A stretch of 64,000 nt of DNA from Candidatus Latescibacterota bacterium. GTDB taxonomy: Bacteria > Latescibacterota > UBA2968 > UBA8231. Below the pieces are notes generated by a model, which saw only the letters and a list, made by a program, of their open reading frames with translations, did no database searches and was not told where the DNA came from. The stretch covers positions 3,008,001 to 3,072,000 of the forward strand of contig CBDCDC010000002.1 of NCBI GenBank assembly GCA_965215195.1, read 5' to 3'. The translations under genes and the position numbers were made by a program. Below are positions 30,095 through 39,172 of this stretch, in pieces (within the stretch, counting starts at the first letter, position 1; every line of letters starts with the position of its first letter).

Positions 30095-30535
30095 TCACCC
30101 GTCCAGTGGGTCTGCAAGGCGGGCTTGGACGATATTGAGCAATTCGCACGGTTCGTAAACCGCCAATAGTGCCGCTCTGAAATCGCTTTCGTTGCGCGTC
30201 ACCAAGGCATCGGCGTCGGCTTGGCGTGCCGCCTCGTGGAGAACGGCATCTTCGAAGTCGCGGAAACCTTCCGCCGCCAGTGCTGCTTCTAGCACCGCCC
30301 GGTTGACCGGGGCTACTTCAAAGAGACGAAGTAATTTGCGAATTTCCCGCCGTGCTTTTTGCGAACCAACGACTTTTGTGGCCAAGTAGTGTATTGTGGT
30401 TAAAGTGGTAGCACCGAGACAGCCAGCGAGGACATTGCGCTCTATCAAAGAGAAAATCTGCGCTGCATTCATTGCGTGTGGCGTCCGGTCTAGCAGCAAG
30501 TCGAGTACGACATGGGTATCGACCATCACTTTCAC
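30095..30535 (-). CDS. PIN-domain toxin
   Basis: MVDTHVVLD, DFEDA, LVTRN.SDF; start overlaps the antitoxin stop (GTGA). Confidence 0.9.
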   Translation of the reverse strand: MKVMVDTHVVLDLLLDRTPHAMNAAQIFSLIERNVLAGCLGATTLTTIHYLATKVVGSQKARREIRKLLRLFEVAPVNRAVLEAALAAEGFRDFEDAVLHEAARQADADALVTRNESDFRAALLAVYEPCELLNIVQARLADPLDG

Positions 30536-30768
30536 AGGTATTTTTCCTCGAGATGTTCGCGGTATGTATCCTCACTGACCGCAGTGCTTCCCAAGGTGCC
30601 ATATAAAGAACGGGTAAGCGGTGCCAGTGTCTCCGGTTGATCGTCCCGGTCCAGCAGCGCGAAATAGTCGGCCACCATCTGCGATACGGACTTGCCCCGC
30701 TTTTTGGCATGAGCCTTAGCGCGTTCGATCAATTGCTCCTCTAGGCGTAGAGTGAGCTTGGTTTGCAT
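30532..30768 (-). CDS. DUF6364 ribbon-helix-helix antitoxin
   Basis: MQTKLTLRL...AK.HA...GKSVS.MV...YREHLEEKY; GGAGG RBS. Confidence 0.9.
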   Translation of the reverse strand: MQTKLTLRLEEQLIERAKAHAKKRGKSVSQMVADYFALLDRDDQPETLAPLTRSLYGTLGSTAVSEDTYREHLEEKYL

Positions 30769-30782
30769 CAGCCGCCTCCATA

Positions 30783-30833
30783 GATGACGTATAATTTGGT
30801 CGTTATCATACGTCATCCCAGCGCGATTGTCAA
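30783..30833 (-). promoter_or_regulatory. Sigma70 promoter with an overlapping palindromic operator for the TA operon
   Basis: TTGACA (30833-30828), 17-bp spacer, TATGAT (30810-30805); inverted repeat GATGACGTAT 30783-30792 / ATACGTCATC 30808-30817. Confidence 0.8.
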
Positions 30834-31032
30834 AGTATGATGGTGGGCCTGCGTTTTTTCCTGTAGTTCGAGGGCGCACGGGCTTAAACTCGGTGGACAT
30901 GCTTGGTACTGTGGCCGATGAATTGGACTCTGGATGTCACGCCAGCTATCTCGCCTAAAAGCCTGCGCCCGTGAAAACGGGTGGCGCGGTGAAGCGTGGG
31001 AAGAGTGCCCGCTGGAACTTGCAGATGGCTTC

Positions 31033-31077
31033 TCAATCGCGCACTACTGCTATTGTGCGCTTGGCGGCCGTGCCGCC
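31033..31077 (-). repeat. Relic 3' end of a third metalloprotease paralog
   Basis: Encodes GGTAAKRTIAVVRD*, matching the termini of the genes ending at 31579 and 34502. Confidence 0.75.
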
Positions 31078-31137
31078 CATACGAGACGCGGTTGTGCTCC
31101 GGCTGGCACATAGGACAGCCGGAGCGGGTTTCGTTGA

Positions 31138-31380
31138 TTAGCCCAGCTTCAACAAGATGGACACCAACAAGCCCACGACGCCGAACAGAATGCCGACAAG
31201 CCAACGAAATTGACTATCCATACGGCGGCGTAGCTCATCCATGTCTTGCCGGTGCTGGCGGGCTAACTCGGCAATGGCTCGTTCAATGGCGTCCAAGCAG
31301 CGATCTAATTGCTCGGCTATTCCTTCGAGCCGCCCAATGCGGCGGTCGTGATCTTGCTGCGGCGTAATCGGTTCATGCAT
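31138..31380 (-). CDS. Small coiled-coil protein with a C-terminal TM helix (DUF1640-like)
   Basis: RIGRLEG..EQLD..L...MDSQFRWLVGILF. Confidence 0.65.
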   Translation of the reverse strand: MHEPITPQQDHDRRIGRLEGIAEQLDRCLDAIERAIAELARQHRQDMDELRRRMDSQFRWLVGILFGVVGLLVSILLKLG

Positions 31381-31578
31381 GGTTTGGTTTCTTTGCGTTT
31401 GGGTAAAACCGTTCGTCCCCCTCTTGGGCTGCTGTCCAAAGAGTTGTCGCGCCAAAAATTTAACAGACAATCCCCCAGTGTTGCAAATTGTTCACGTCTC
31501 GGGCGATCCATTTCCCAGCTTGGGCATTAGCCGCTCTTTGGGAGCCGGCTGGCAGGAAGTGCGGCGTAGTTTAGTCCT

Positions 31579-33252
31579 TCAATCGCGCACCACTGCTATC
31601 GTGCGCTTGGCCGCGATGCCGTCGGCTTCGAGGAGCAGGTGATAGACGCCGCTGGCCACGAGGCTGCCGGCCGCGTTGCGTCCATCCCACAGCACGTCGT
31701 CGTATTCGTCCGCCCGGCGCGGGCCTAAGTCTCTATCCCAGACGAGCCGGCCGTTGGCGGTAAAAATTGACAGGCGGGTCTGGGTGCTGGGCGCGGCTAG
31801 GTCGAAGGCCAGCTTGGTGTGCGGGTGTTGGCTGGGGCGGAAGGGGTTGGGGTAGTTGGGCTTGAGCCGGGTGGCGAGGGCGGCCGGCGCGTCGGGATCA
31901 GTCAGGTTGGGATCGAATTGCGCGGTAAGTAGGTGCTGATAGGCCAAGCCGGTGCGCTCGGCTGCGGTGGCGACGAGGACGATCTCGTCGAACTGGTCCC
32001 AGCCGCTAATGCGGATCGTCGGCTCGGAAACGAGCTGCACCGAGACGCTGTCCGGACCGACTAAGAGCAAATGGCGACGCCACGCTCCGCGAATTGAGTC
32101 CAAGAACAAAGTGACCCCGCCCGGGCGCAACCGCGGCTGAAGGCGCAGATAGACGCTGCCGGTGGCATCTATCAGGCTGGTGTCGCGGACGACCGCTTCG
32201 GCGGCGACGGCGATGTCGCGGGTGGGGACGGGCGGGTATTTGTCCCCTTCGGCATAGTATAGGTCGCGGTGGCGGTTGTGGGTGAAATAGTTCCACACGG
32301 CAAATTCGCCCATGGCGACGCCTAAGCCGCCCGGCTCCACTTGGCGGAGGATGCGGTCGAAATGATCGAGATGGACGCTTTTGCGCTGACCCAGTTCTTC
32401 CCAGATCAAGCGGTTGAGATCGCGGCCGTAGTGCTGGTCCAGGAAGTGGGAAAAGATCGCACTGCCGTAGGTGTGGAGGCTGCCAAGACGCCCGGAGTCG
32501 AGGGCGCGTTGGGGTTCGCCGAGGAAGTGAATTAAATACTGGAGATAATCGTCGATGTGCGGATAGGCCACTTCCTCCATCCACGTCGAGGTTGATTCCT
32601 GCCACCAGTTCCCGGCTTCAGGTGCGTAGTAGCCAAACTGAATGGCGTGGTGAAACTCGTGGGCGATGGTCACGCGCAGGGCGTCCAGTCCGCGGGTCTG
32701 CACATAGCTAGAATCGGTGAAATTGTTGTCGATTTCGAGGTAGCTGTAGGTGGTCGCGCCGGACGTCTCGGGGTAGGCGCAGCCATAAACGGGATCTGAG
32801 CGTCCACAGCCCCCGCGGCTTAAATCTATAATATAAACGTCGTATTCGTCGCCACCGCCCAAGCCGTTGTCCGAAGGCGGCGGGTTGTAGCCGAGTTGTT
32901 CGACTTCCAACACCCAAGTGCTATCGAGGACCGTGGCAGCTAGGTCGATGTAGTCCGGGATGCCGTTGCCGTCGTCGTCATTAAGCTCGACCGCGTCGCT
33001 GCCCTCGGTGTCGTAGTGGACGCGAAAGTGGCCGGAAGGCGTTAGCAAGCTGTGCTGGGTACTAGGCCGGCGCTGCACGAGTTTGCCTAGGCCCTTGCGA
33101 TTTTCGGTACTCAGGTCAGAGGCCGCGTCCATGGTTTGGAGCAAGTAGGGGGTGCCGCAGCGCAGTGCAGTCGGGGCGTGTTGGGTCGGTGTCTCTGCGT
33201 GATTGTTATGTACTGTAGATAAAAGTATTCCGCTAACTAGCGTCAGAATCAT
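31579..33252 (-). CDS. MXAN_6640-like zinc metalloprotease with an FlgD-Ig/T9SS-A-like tail
   Basis: CGT, HFRVHY, DGNGIPDY, AHEFHHAIQ, ESTSTWME, PNYPNPF..WDGRN; start uncertain. Confidence 0.8.
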   Translation of the reverse strand: MILTLVSGILLSTVHNNHAETPTQHAPTALRCGTPYLLQTMDAASDLSTENRKGLGKLVQRRPSTQHSLLTPSGHFRVHYDTEGSDAVELNDDDGNGIPDYIDLAATVLDSTWVLEVEQLGYNPPPSDNGLGGGDEYDVYIIDLSRGGCGRSDPVYGCAYPETSGATTYSYLEIDNNFTDSSYVQTRGLDALRVTIAHEFHHAIQFGYYAPEAGNWWQESTSTWMEEVAYPHIDDYLQYLIHFLGEPQRALDSGRLGSLHTYGSAIFSHFLDQHYGRDLNRLIWEELGQRKSVHLDHFDRILRQVEPGGLGVAMGEFAVWNYFTHNRHRDLYYAEGDKYPPVPTRDIAVAAEAVVRDTSLIDATGSVYLRLQPRLRPGGVTLFLDSIRGAWRRHLLLVGPDSVSVQLVSEPTIRISGWDQFDEIVLVATAAERTGLAYQHLLTAQFDPNLTDPDAPAALATRLKPNYPNPFRPSQHPHTKLAFDLAAPSTQTRLSIFTANGRLVWDRDLGPRRADEYDDVLWDGRNAAGSLVASGVYHLLLEADGIAAKRTIAVVRD

Positions 33253-33402
33253 GGAATAATTCCCTTGGGCTGTTAAAAAGTTGGAAGTTGTTGTGCCAAA
33301 CTTTGCAAACATACAGCAAAAGTAGAAGTATAGGAGAATGAACTACCGAAAGTTTTTTATAGACTTACGTCATCTTTGAGTTTCGATAGGGACCCTTAGT
33401 TA

Positions 33403-34287
33403 ACCAATGGTGCTAGTGAGTTGACCGTGGTCAAGGTAGTTCCTACGCTGAGGGTATCCCCCCTTTCAGCGAAGGAGCGTCCCATGACCACGGCCGAGTT
33501 TATAATAGCCCTGTTCTGTCGAATCGACCACCAGATGGGCGATGTGCCCAAACACCCCCAAGCCGCCTTATATCCCAGCGAAACGGTGACCTTGGCGGTT
33601 CTGTATGCGCTCAAAGGGGGCGGCAAACGGGCGTTTTATCGCTGGGTAGCGCGCGATTGGCGCGCCTTTTTTCCGCGCCTGCCCGAGCGCACCCGCTTGT
33701 TCCGCCTGTTTGCCGCCCATGCGGACTGGACCGATCGCTTTCGAGCGGACCCCACCCCCTTAGGCGTGATCGATAGCTATGGCATCGAGTTGATCCATCC
33801 AGTACGCGAAGGCCGCTCCGCTCACCCTATCGGCCGGAAAGGGCGGTCCAATCACCGCTGGATCGTCGGCGGCAAGCTGGGCTTGATCGTCAACCAATGG
33901 GGCTTGATCGTCGATTGGGATTGTAATACCGCCAATGTCCACGACTCGGTCTTTCACCCGATGATTGGCCGCTACGAAGAGCAGATGATCCTCCTCAGCG
34001 ACCAAGGCTTTCATGCCAAAGCCGGTGATCCGGCCAATCTGAAAGTGTGTCCGGCCAAAACTTGGGGCGAGCGGATGGTCATCGAGACCGTCTTTTCCAT
34101 GCTGACCCGCATCGGGCACTTCAAGCGACAGACCCATCGAGCCTGGGCCTATTTTAGAGCGCATCTGAGCTTTGCCATGGCCACCTTCAACCTGCTGGCA
34201 CAGTGGCATGGGTTGCAACCCGATGAAAATGGATTCGTCCGCTTGTCCATCGCGGAATTTAGCTTGTAGCCCACTAGCACCATTGGT
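33403..34287 (+). mobile_element. IS982-family insertion sequence, copy 2
   Basis: Same TIRs as copy 1; TSD TAGTTA at 33397-33402 and 34288-34293. Confidence 0.9.
33484..34269 (+). CDS. IS982-family DDE transposase
   Basis: Near-identical to 3804-4589 (3 aa differences). Confidence 0.85.
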   Translation: MTTAEFIIALFCRIDHQMGDVPKHPQAALYPSETVTLAVLYALKGGGKRAFYRWVARDWRAFFPRLPERTRLFRLFAAHADWTDRFRADPTPLGVIDSYGIELIHPVREGRSAHPIGRKGRSNHRWIVGGKLGLIVNQWGLIVDWDCNTANVHDSVFHPMIGRYEEQMILLSDQGFHAKAGDPANLKVCPAKTWGERMVIETVFSMLTRIGHFKRQTHRAWAYFRAHLSFAMATFNLLAQWHGLQPDENGFVRLSIAEFSL

Positions 34288-34395
34288 TAGTTAAACGATC
34301 TGTCGATGACAACTGCATTACGGCAGGACTGTTCTGTACTGGACAAGGAAGAAGCGACATACACCGCTGGTGACGAGCTTACCGGCGAGTCAACT

Positions 34396-34437
34396 TAGCC
34401 AATTTCTCCTAAATGTAACTATAGGAGAAATTGGCTA
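34396..34437. terminator. Perfect 16-bp stem-loop, possible terminator
   Basis: TAGCCAATTTCTCCTA-10nt-TAGGAGAAATTGGCTA followed by TCTTTTT on +; lies between the converging IS and protease genes. Confidence 0.55.
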
Positions 34438-34501
34438 TCTTTTTGAGACTTTACGCACTTTTAGGTTTCGGCTGGCAGGAAGTGCGGCGTAGTTTGGTCC
34501 T

Positions 34502-36253
34502 TCAATCGCGCACCACCGCTATCGTGCGCTTGGCCGCTGTGCCGTCGGCTTCGAGGAGCAGGTGGTAGATGCCGCTGGCCACGAGCTTGCCGGCCGCGTT
34601 GCGGCCGTCCCACAGCTCCTCGTAGCCTTTGCGGGCAGCGCGGCCCCCTAAGTCCACTCGCCGAATCAAGTCGCCGTTGGCTGCAAAGATCGACAGGCGG
34701 GTCTGGGTGCTGGGCGCGGCTAGGTCGAACAACAGCTTGGTGTGCGGGTGTTGGCCGGGGCGGAAGGGGTTGGGGTAGTTGGGCTTGAGTAGGGTGGCGA
34801 GGGCGGCCGGCGCGTCGGGATCGGTCAGATCGGGATCGAATTGCGCGGTAAGTAGGTGCTGATAGGCCAAGCCGGTGCGCTCGGCCGCCGTGGCGACGAG
34901 GACGATCTCGTCGAACTGGTCCCAGCCGCTGATGCGGATCGTCGGCTCGGTGACCGCTTGCACCGAGAGGCTGTCCGGGCCGATTAAGAGCAAATGGCGA
35001 CGCCACGCTCCGCGAATTGAGTCCAAGAACAAAGTGACCCCGCCCGTGCGCAACCGCGGCTGAAGGCGCAGATAGACGCTGCCCGTGGCATCTATCAGGC
35101 TAGTGTCGCGGACGACCGCTTCGGCGGCGATGGCGATGTCGCGGGTGGGGACGGACGGGTATTTGTCCCCTTCGGCATAGTATGGGGCGCGGTGGCGGTT
35201 GTTGGTGAAATAGTTCCACACGGCAAATTCGCCCATGGCGACGCCTAATCCCCCCGGCTCAACTTGGCGGAGAATGCGGTCGAAATGATCGAGATGGACG
35301 CTTTTGCGCTCCTTGAGTTCTTCCCAGATCAAGCGGTTGAGATCGCGGCCGTAGCGCTGGTCGAGGAAGTGGGAAAAGATCGTACTGCCGTAGGTGTGGT
35401 TGCTGCCATAAGGGCCGGAGTTGAGGGCGCGCTGGGGTTCGCCGAGGAAGTAGGTCAAATACTGGAGATAATCGTCAATGCGCGGATAGGCCACTTCCTC
35501 CATCCACGTCGAGGTCGATTCTTGCCACCAACTGCCGTCAAATTTTGCGTAGTAGCCAAATTGAATGGCGTGGTGAAACTCGTGGGCGATGGTCACCCGC
35601 AGGGCGTCCAGTCCGCGGGTCTGCTTGTAGCCCGGGTCGGTGTAGTTGTTGTCGATTTCGAGATGGCTAGAGGTGGTGGTCGCGCCGCCCGTCATAGGAT
35701 AGGTGAACCCATAATAACTCTTGCCGACTCCTAGCTCGACGACGTACGCGTCGTATTCGTCTCCGCCGCCCAAGCCGTTGTCCGAAGGGGGCGGATTGTA
35801 GCCGAGTTGCTCAATTTCGAGCACCCAAGTGCTGTCGAGGACGGCCATAGTGAGATCGATGTAGTCTGGGATGCCATTGGCGTCGCTGTCCGTCGGCGAA
35901 ACCGCGTGGTGCCCCTCAGTATCGTAGTGGACGCGAAAGCGCCCCGATGGCGAGAGGAGATTGTGCTGGGCGGTCCGGCGCGTCATCAGCTTGCCCAAAC
36001 GGGCGCGGTACTCGGGGCTCAGGTCCGGGGCCGCGCTCATGGCTTGGACTAGATGCGGGGTCCCGCAAACGGCCGGCCCGCCAGATTCTCGGTACATGGC
36101 CGGCAGTTGGTCGGGAGCGCGTGCGCTGAGGACTTGGTAGATCAGGGCCGTCTCCAAGCTGAGTTCGCCGGCGGCGTAGGCCGCTTCGATCCGAGTTTTG
36201 GCTTGAATGGGGAGGGCGAACAGGAGGAGGAGGACGAAAATTTTAGCTGTCAT
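34502..36253 (-). CDS. MXAN_6640-like zinc metalloprotease with an FlgD-Ig/T9SS-A-like tail (paralog)
   Basis: Signal peptide MTAKIFVLLLLFALPIQA; AHEFHH; PNYPNPF..WDGRN; tandem paralog of 31579-33252. Confidence 0.85.
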   Translation of the reverse strand: MTAKIFVLLLLFALPIQAKTRIEAAYAAGELSLETALIYQVLSARAPDQLPAMYRESGGPAVCGTPHLVQAMSAAPDLSPEYRARLGKLMTRRTAQHNLLSPSGRFRVHYDTEGHHAVSPTDSDANGIPDYIDLTMAVLDSTWVLEIEQLGYNPPPSDNGLGGGDEYDAYVVELGVGKSYYGFTYPMTGGATTTSSHLEIDNNYTDPGYKQTRGLDALRVTIAHEFHHAIQFGYYAKFDGSWWQESTSTWMEEVAYPRIDDYLQYLTYFLGEPQRALNSGPYGSNHTYGSTIFSHFLDQRYGRDLNRLIWEELKERKSVHLDHFDRILRQVEPGGLGVAMGEFAVWNYFTNNRHRAPYYAEGDKYPSVPTRDIAIAAEAVVRDTSLIDATGSVYLRLQPRLRTGGVTLFLDSIRGAWRRHLLLIGPDSLSVQAVTEPTIRISGWDQFDEIVLVATAAERTGLAYQHLLTAQFDPDLTDPDAPAALATLLKPNYPNPFRPGQHPHTKLLFDLAAPSTQTRLSIFAANGDLIRRVDLGGRAARKGYEELWDGRNAAGKLVASGIYHLLLEADGTAAKRTIAVVRD

Positions 36254-36341
36254 AGATGGCTCGGGGCTGTGGTGAAGGGTGGCGTGAGAAAATAATGGCG
36301 CAACGGGCCGAGACCAAACTAAGGCTCGCCAATGCCTTCCG

Positions 36342-37031
36342 TCATTCACCCTGTCCAGTGGATTTAGTCGCTTTTATCACCGCGACGGGTACAACGCGCC
36401 ACAGGCAGGCCGCGTCAAAGCCGGCGTCCGTCAGCGCGGCGAGTTCGTCTGCGAGGGGAAAGTAGGTGTCTTCGTCGGCCCATTCTGCGAAATGGCTATA
36501 GGCGCGTTCCGAGGGGATGCCGCAGGAAACAAGGTGGGCTGCCCAAGTCTCGTATTCGGCTTGGCGAGCGGACCGGTCGGCGGGCATGGTCGCATCCGCG
36601 TTGATGAATACGCCGCCCGGGCGCAACGCAGCGTGAATCGCGCTGAAGATCGTCCGTTTTTCGGCGAGGGTGGGAACGTGGTGCAGCGCGAGGGAGGCGA
36701 CCACGGCGTCGCAAGCAGGTAGCGGACCTTGGAACGCTCGCACGGTGTACTGTACTCGGGCAGCAAAGGGCGCGAGCCGCTCGCGGGCCTGAGCGAGCAT
36801 CTCGGCGTCGGCGTCGATCAGCTCGACGCTAGCTTCCTTGCATCGCTGCAATACAGCTTGCGCCAACGCGCCCGTGCCAGCGCCGAGGTCAATCACTTTT
36901 TTCGGCTTGGTTTCGGCAACGGCGTCTGCGGCTCGCGTCAGCATCTCCTCGTAGGCGGGAATGAAAGCGCGGATGGTCTTATCGTACGCCTCGATTTCAA
37001 CGCGCAGATGGCGTCGGACGGAATGGCTCAT
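36342..37031 (-). CDS. Class I SAM-dependent methyltransferase
   Basis: VIDLGAGTG, DAVVASLALHH, LRPGGVFINAD. Confidence 0.9.
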   Translation of the reverse strand: MSHSVRRHLRVEIEAYDKTIRAFIPAYEEMLTRAADAVAETKPKKVIDLGAGTGALAQAVLQRCKEASVELIDADAEMLAQARERLAPFAARVQYTVRAFQGPLPACDAVVASLALHHVPTLAEKRTIFSAIHAALRPGGVFINADATMPADRSARQAEYETWAAHLVSCGIPSERAYSHFAEWADEDTYFPLADELAALTDAGFDAACLWRVVPVAVIKATKSTGQGE

Positions 37032-37312
37032 CGGCTTTCCTATGGATCTTTGTGCGGTGGTCGTCTGATTGGATGGCCTAAAATTATCTCCAGCCAGAAG
37101 GCGACGTGAGGCTATCATCGGAGACGATTATTGTGAAGGATGGAATGGCGCAGAAGAGCGGAAAATTGCGGATGAGTTTGATGAATTCGATGCCGAAGTT
37201 TGCAGAAGATGCGGAATCGGGAAGGTTAGATCAACTTGCTAACCAAGCGTTGGATTGATCCTGCTAGGCGATTTGTTATTATGACATGATGTGATAACAT
37301 GGAGCTATTCGA

Positions 37313-37561
37313 GTGATTCGCACACAGATTCAGTTGACCGACGAACAGGCGCGGCGCGTCAAGCGGATCGCCGCCGAGCGGCAGGTTTCGATGGCGACGG
37401 TGATTCGCCAAGGGGTCGATCGCCTGCTGAAGTCGACGGAGACAGCCGCGACCGGTGACGAGCGCATTGAACGCGCCATCGCGGTAGCCGGCCAATTCCG
37501 ATCCGGCGGCGATGGGGCCGCGCAACACGACCGCCATCTGCAGGAGGCCCACCGCGGGTGA
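37313..37561 (+). CDS. CopG/RHH antitoxin (VapB-like)
   Basis: MIRTQIQLT...SMA.VIR.GVD...HDRHL. Confidence 0.85.
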   Translation: MIRTQIQLTDEQARRVKRIAAERQVSMATVIRQGVDRLLKSTETAATGDERIERAIAVAGQFRSGGDGAAQHDRHLQEAHRG

Positions 37562-37620
37562 GCGTCTTCGTCGATACCCCGCGCTCTCGACGCTGACGAT
37601 GATGAGCATTCGCGGGCGGA
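37558..37620 (+). pseudogene. Remnant of a VapC PIN toxin
   Basis: GTGA overlap, then VSVFVDT and, after a frameshift, ALDADDDEHSRA; nothing further. Confidence 0.6.
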
Positions 37621-37685
37621 CGTTCCATCTGCTGATTCGTATTTTCGCCTTCCGACCGCAGACTATCTAGGAGCAAAAATCAAGT

Positions 37686-38981
37686 ATGCCAGAGCGTCGT
37701 CCCAATATTCTCTTCATCATCACGGACCAGCAATACGCCGGGGCCATGTCCTGCGCCGGCAATCCCGACGTGTACACCCCCAATATGGACAGCATTGCCA
37801 AAACAGGGGTGCGATTCACCCGTGCCTATTGCACGCACCCCTTATGCGGTCCCCAGCGCGCCAGCTTTATGACCGGTCTTTTCCCTCATCAAAATGGCGC
37901 GACCAGCAACAACACACCAATCAAGCCCGAATACAGAGGCCGAACGCTCGGCAACTTCCTCGCCGACGCGGGGTATGATTGCGCCCTGTCGGGAAAATGG
38001 CACGTCCCCGGCACCACGCCCGAAGAAAGCGGCCTCGAAGTCATCTGCGGCAGCCGCGACGACGAAGTGCCCCTGCGCGCCATCGAATTCATGCAGCGCG
38101 ACCGCGACAACCCCTTCTTCCTCTTCGCGTCATTCCTCAATCCCCACGACATCTGCCAAGTCGCCCGCAATCAGCCCCTGCCGCAAGGCCCCGTGTCGGA
38201 ACCGGCCACCCTAGAAGAATGCCCGAATCTGCCCGCAAACTTCGCCATCCCACCCTATTCGCCCGACATCGTGCAGATGCTGCGGCAGGCCAACCGCCGC
38301 GTCTATCCCACCATCGAATACACCGAAGACGACTGGCGGCGGCTCCGATATTACTACTATCGCTTATGCGAAAAAGTTGATGCTGAAATCGGCGTGATGC
38401 TCCATGGACTGCGCGATTGCGGCCTCGAAGAAGAAACCTATATCGTCTTTACTTCAGATCACGGCGACGGACACGGGGCCCACAATTGGAATCAAAAAAC
38501 CAGCCTGTACGAGGAAGTCATCAACATTCCTTTTATCATCAGTCACAAGGGGATCACGCGGGTTGGTAGCGTTGACAACACCCATCTCGTCTCCCTCGGC
38601 CTCGATCTGCTGCCCACGCTATGCGATGTCGGCGGTGCGAGCGTTCCCGATGGTCTCGAAGGGCTGAGTTTGCGACCGCTTGCCGAGGGCAACGCGCCCG
38701 ACGACTGGCGCAGTGAGCTCGTCGTTGAAACCATCGTGGACATTGGCGCAGGCCCAGGCGGTGGCGGAGCTTCACGCGCCGTGCTCACTGACCGCTACAA
38801 ATACAGCGCCTATCCCATGGGCCGCTACCGCGAGCAGCTCGTCGATTTGCAAACAGACCCGGGCGAAATGGTCAACCTCGCCGTCAACGTGCGATTCAAG
38901 GACGAACTCGACGATCACCGCCATCGCCTGCGAGCATGGTGCAAAAAAACAGAGGACGAGTTTCTGAAATTTTGTCTGTGA
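37686..38981 (+). CDS. Cys-type sulfatase
   Basis: RPNILFIITDQ, CGPQRASFMTG (CxPxR), GKWH, FTSDHG, DPGEMVNL. Confidence 0.92.
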   Translation: MPERRPNILFIITDQQYAGAMSCAGNPDVYTPNMDSIAKTGVRFTRAYCTHPLCGPQRASFMTGLFPHQNGATSNNTPIKPEYRGRTLGNFLADAGYDCALSGKWHVPGTTPEESGLEVICGSRDDEVPLRAIEFMQRDRDNPFFLFASFLNPHDICQVARNQPLPQGPVSEPATLEECPNLPANFAIPPYSPDIVQMLRQANRRVYPTIEYTEDDWRRLRYYYYRLCEKVDAEIGVMLHGLRDCGLEEETYIVFTSDHGDGHGAHNWNQKTSLYEEVINIPFIISHKGITRVGSVDNTHLVSLGLDLLPTLCDVGGASVPDGLEGLSLRPLAEGNAPDDWRSELVVETIVDIGAGPGGGGASRAVLTDRYKYSAYPMGRYREQLVDLQTDPGEMVNLAVNVRFKDELDDHRHRLRAWCKKTEDEFLKFCL

Positions 38982-39172
38982 GCGCGGTCGTCCTTTTGCC
39001 GATCCTGCTACGGGGTGACTACATCACAGCCGACACGCGGTGGGCTCGCACCTTTGAGCCGTGCAGAGGAGCCATCGTCATTTGTGAGTCGCCAAAGAAG
39101 CCTTTGTGCCCGACCGCGATAGCGGGCAAATCTCAGAGTGAGATGCGAATAGAATTTAACTAGGAGACTGCC

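Noticed and set aside
3723-34287. Composite transposon bounded by the two direct IS982 copies
   Set aside because: Each copy has its own matching TSD (TTCTA; TAGTTA), indicating independent insertions
31033-36253. Diversity-generating retroelement template/variable repeats
   Set aside because: No reverse transcriptase in the window, and differences between repeats do not appear adenine-specific
38982-39172. Riboswitch upstream of hemB
   Set aside because: Only weak hairpins; no recognisable aptamer consensus
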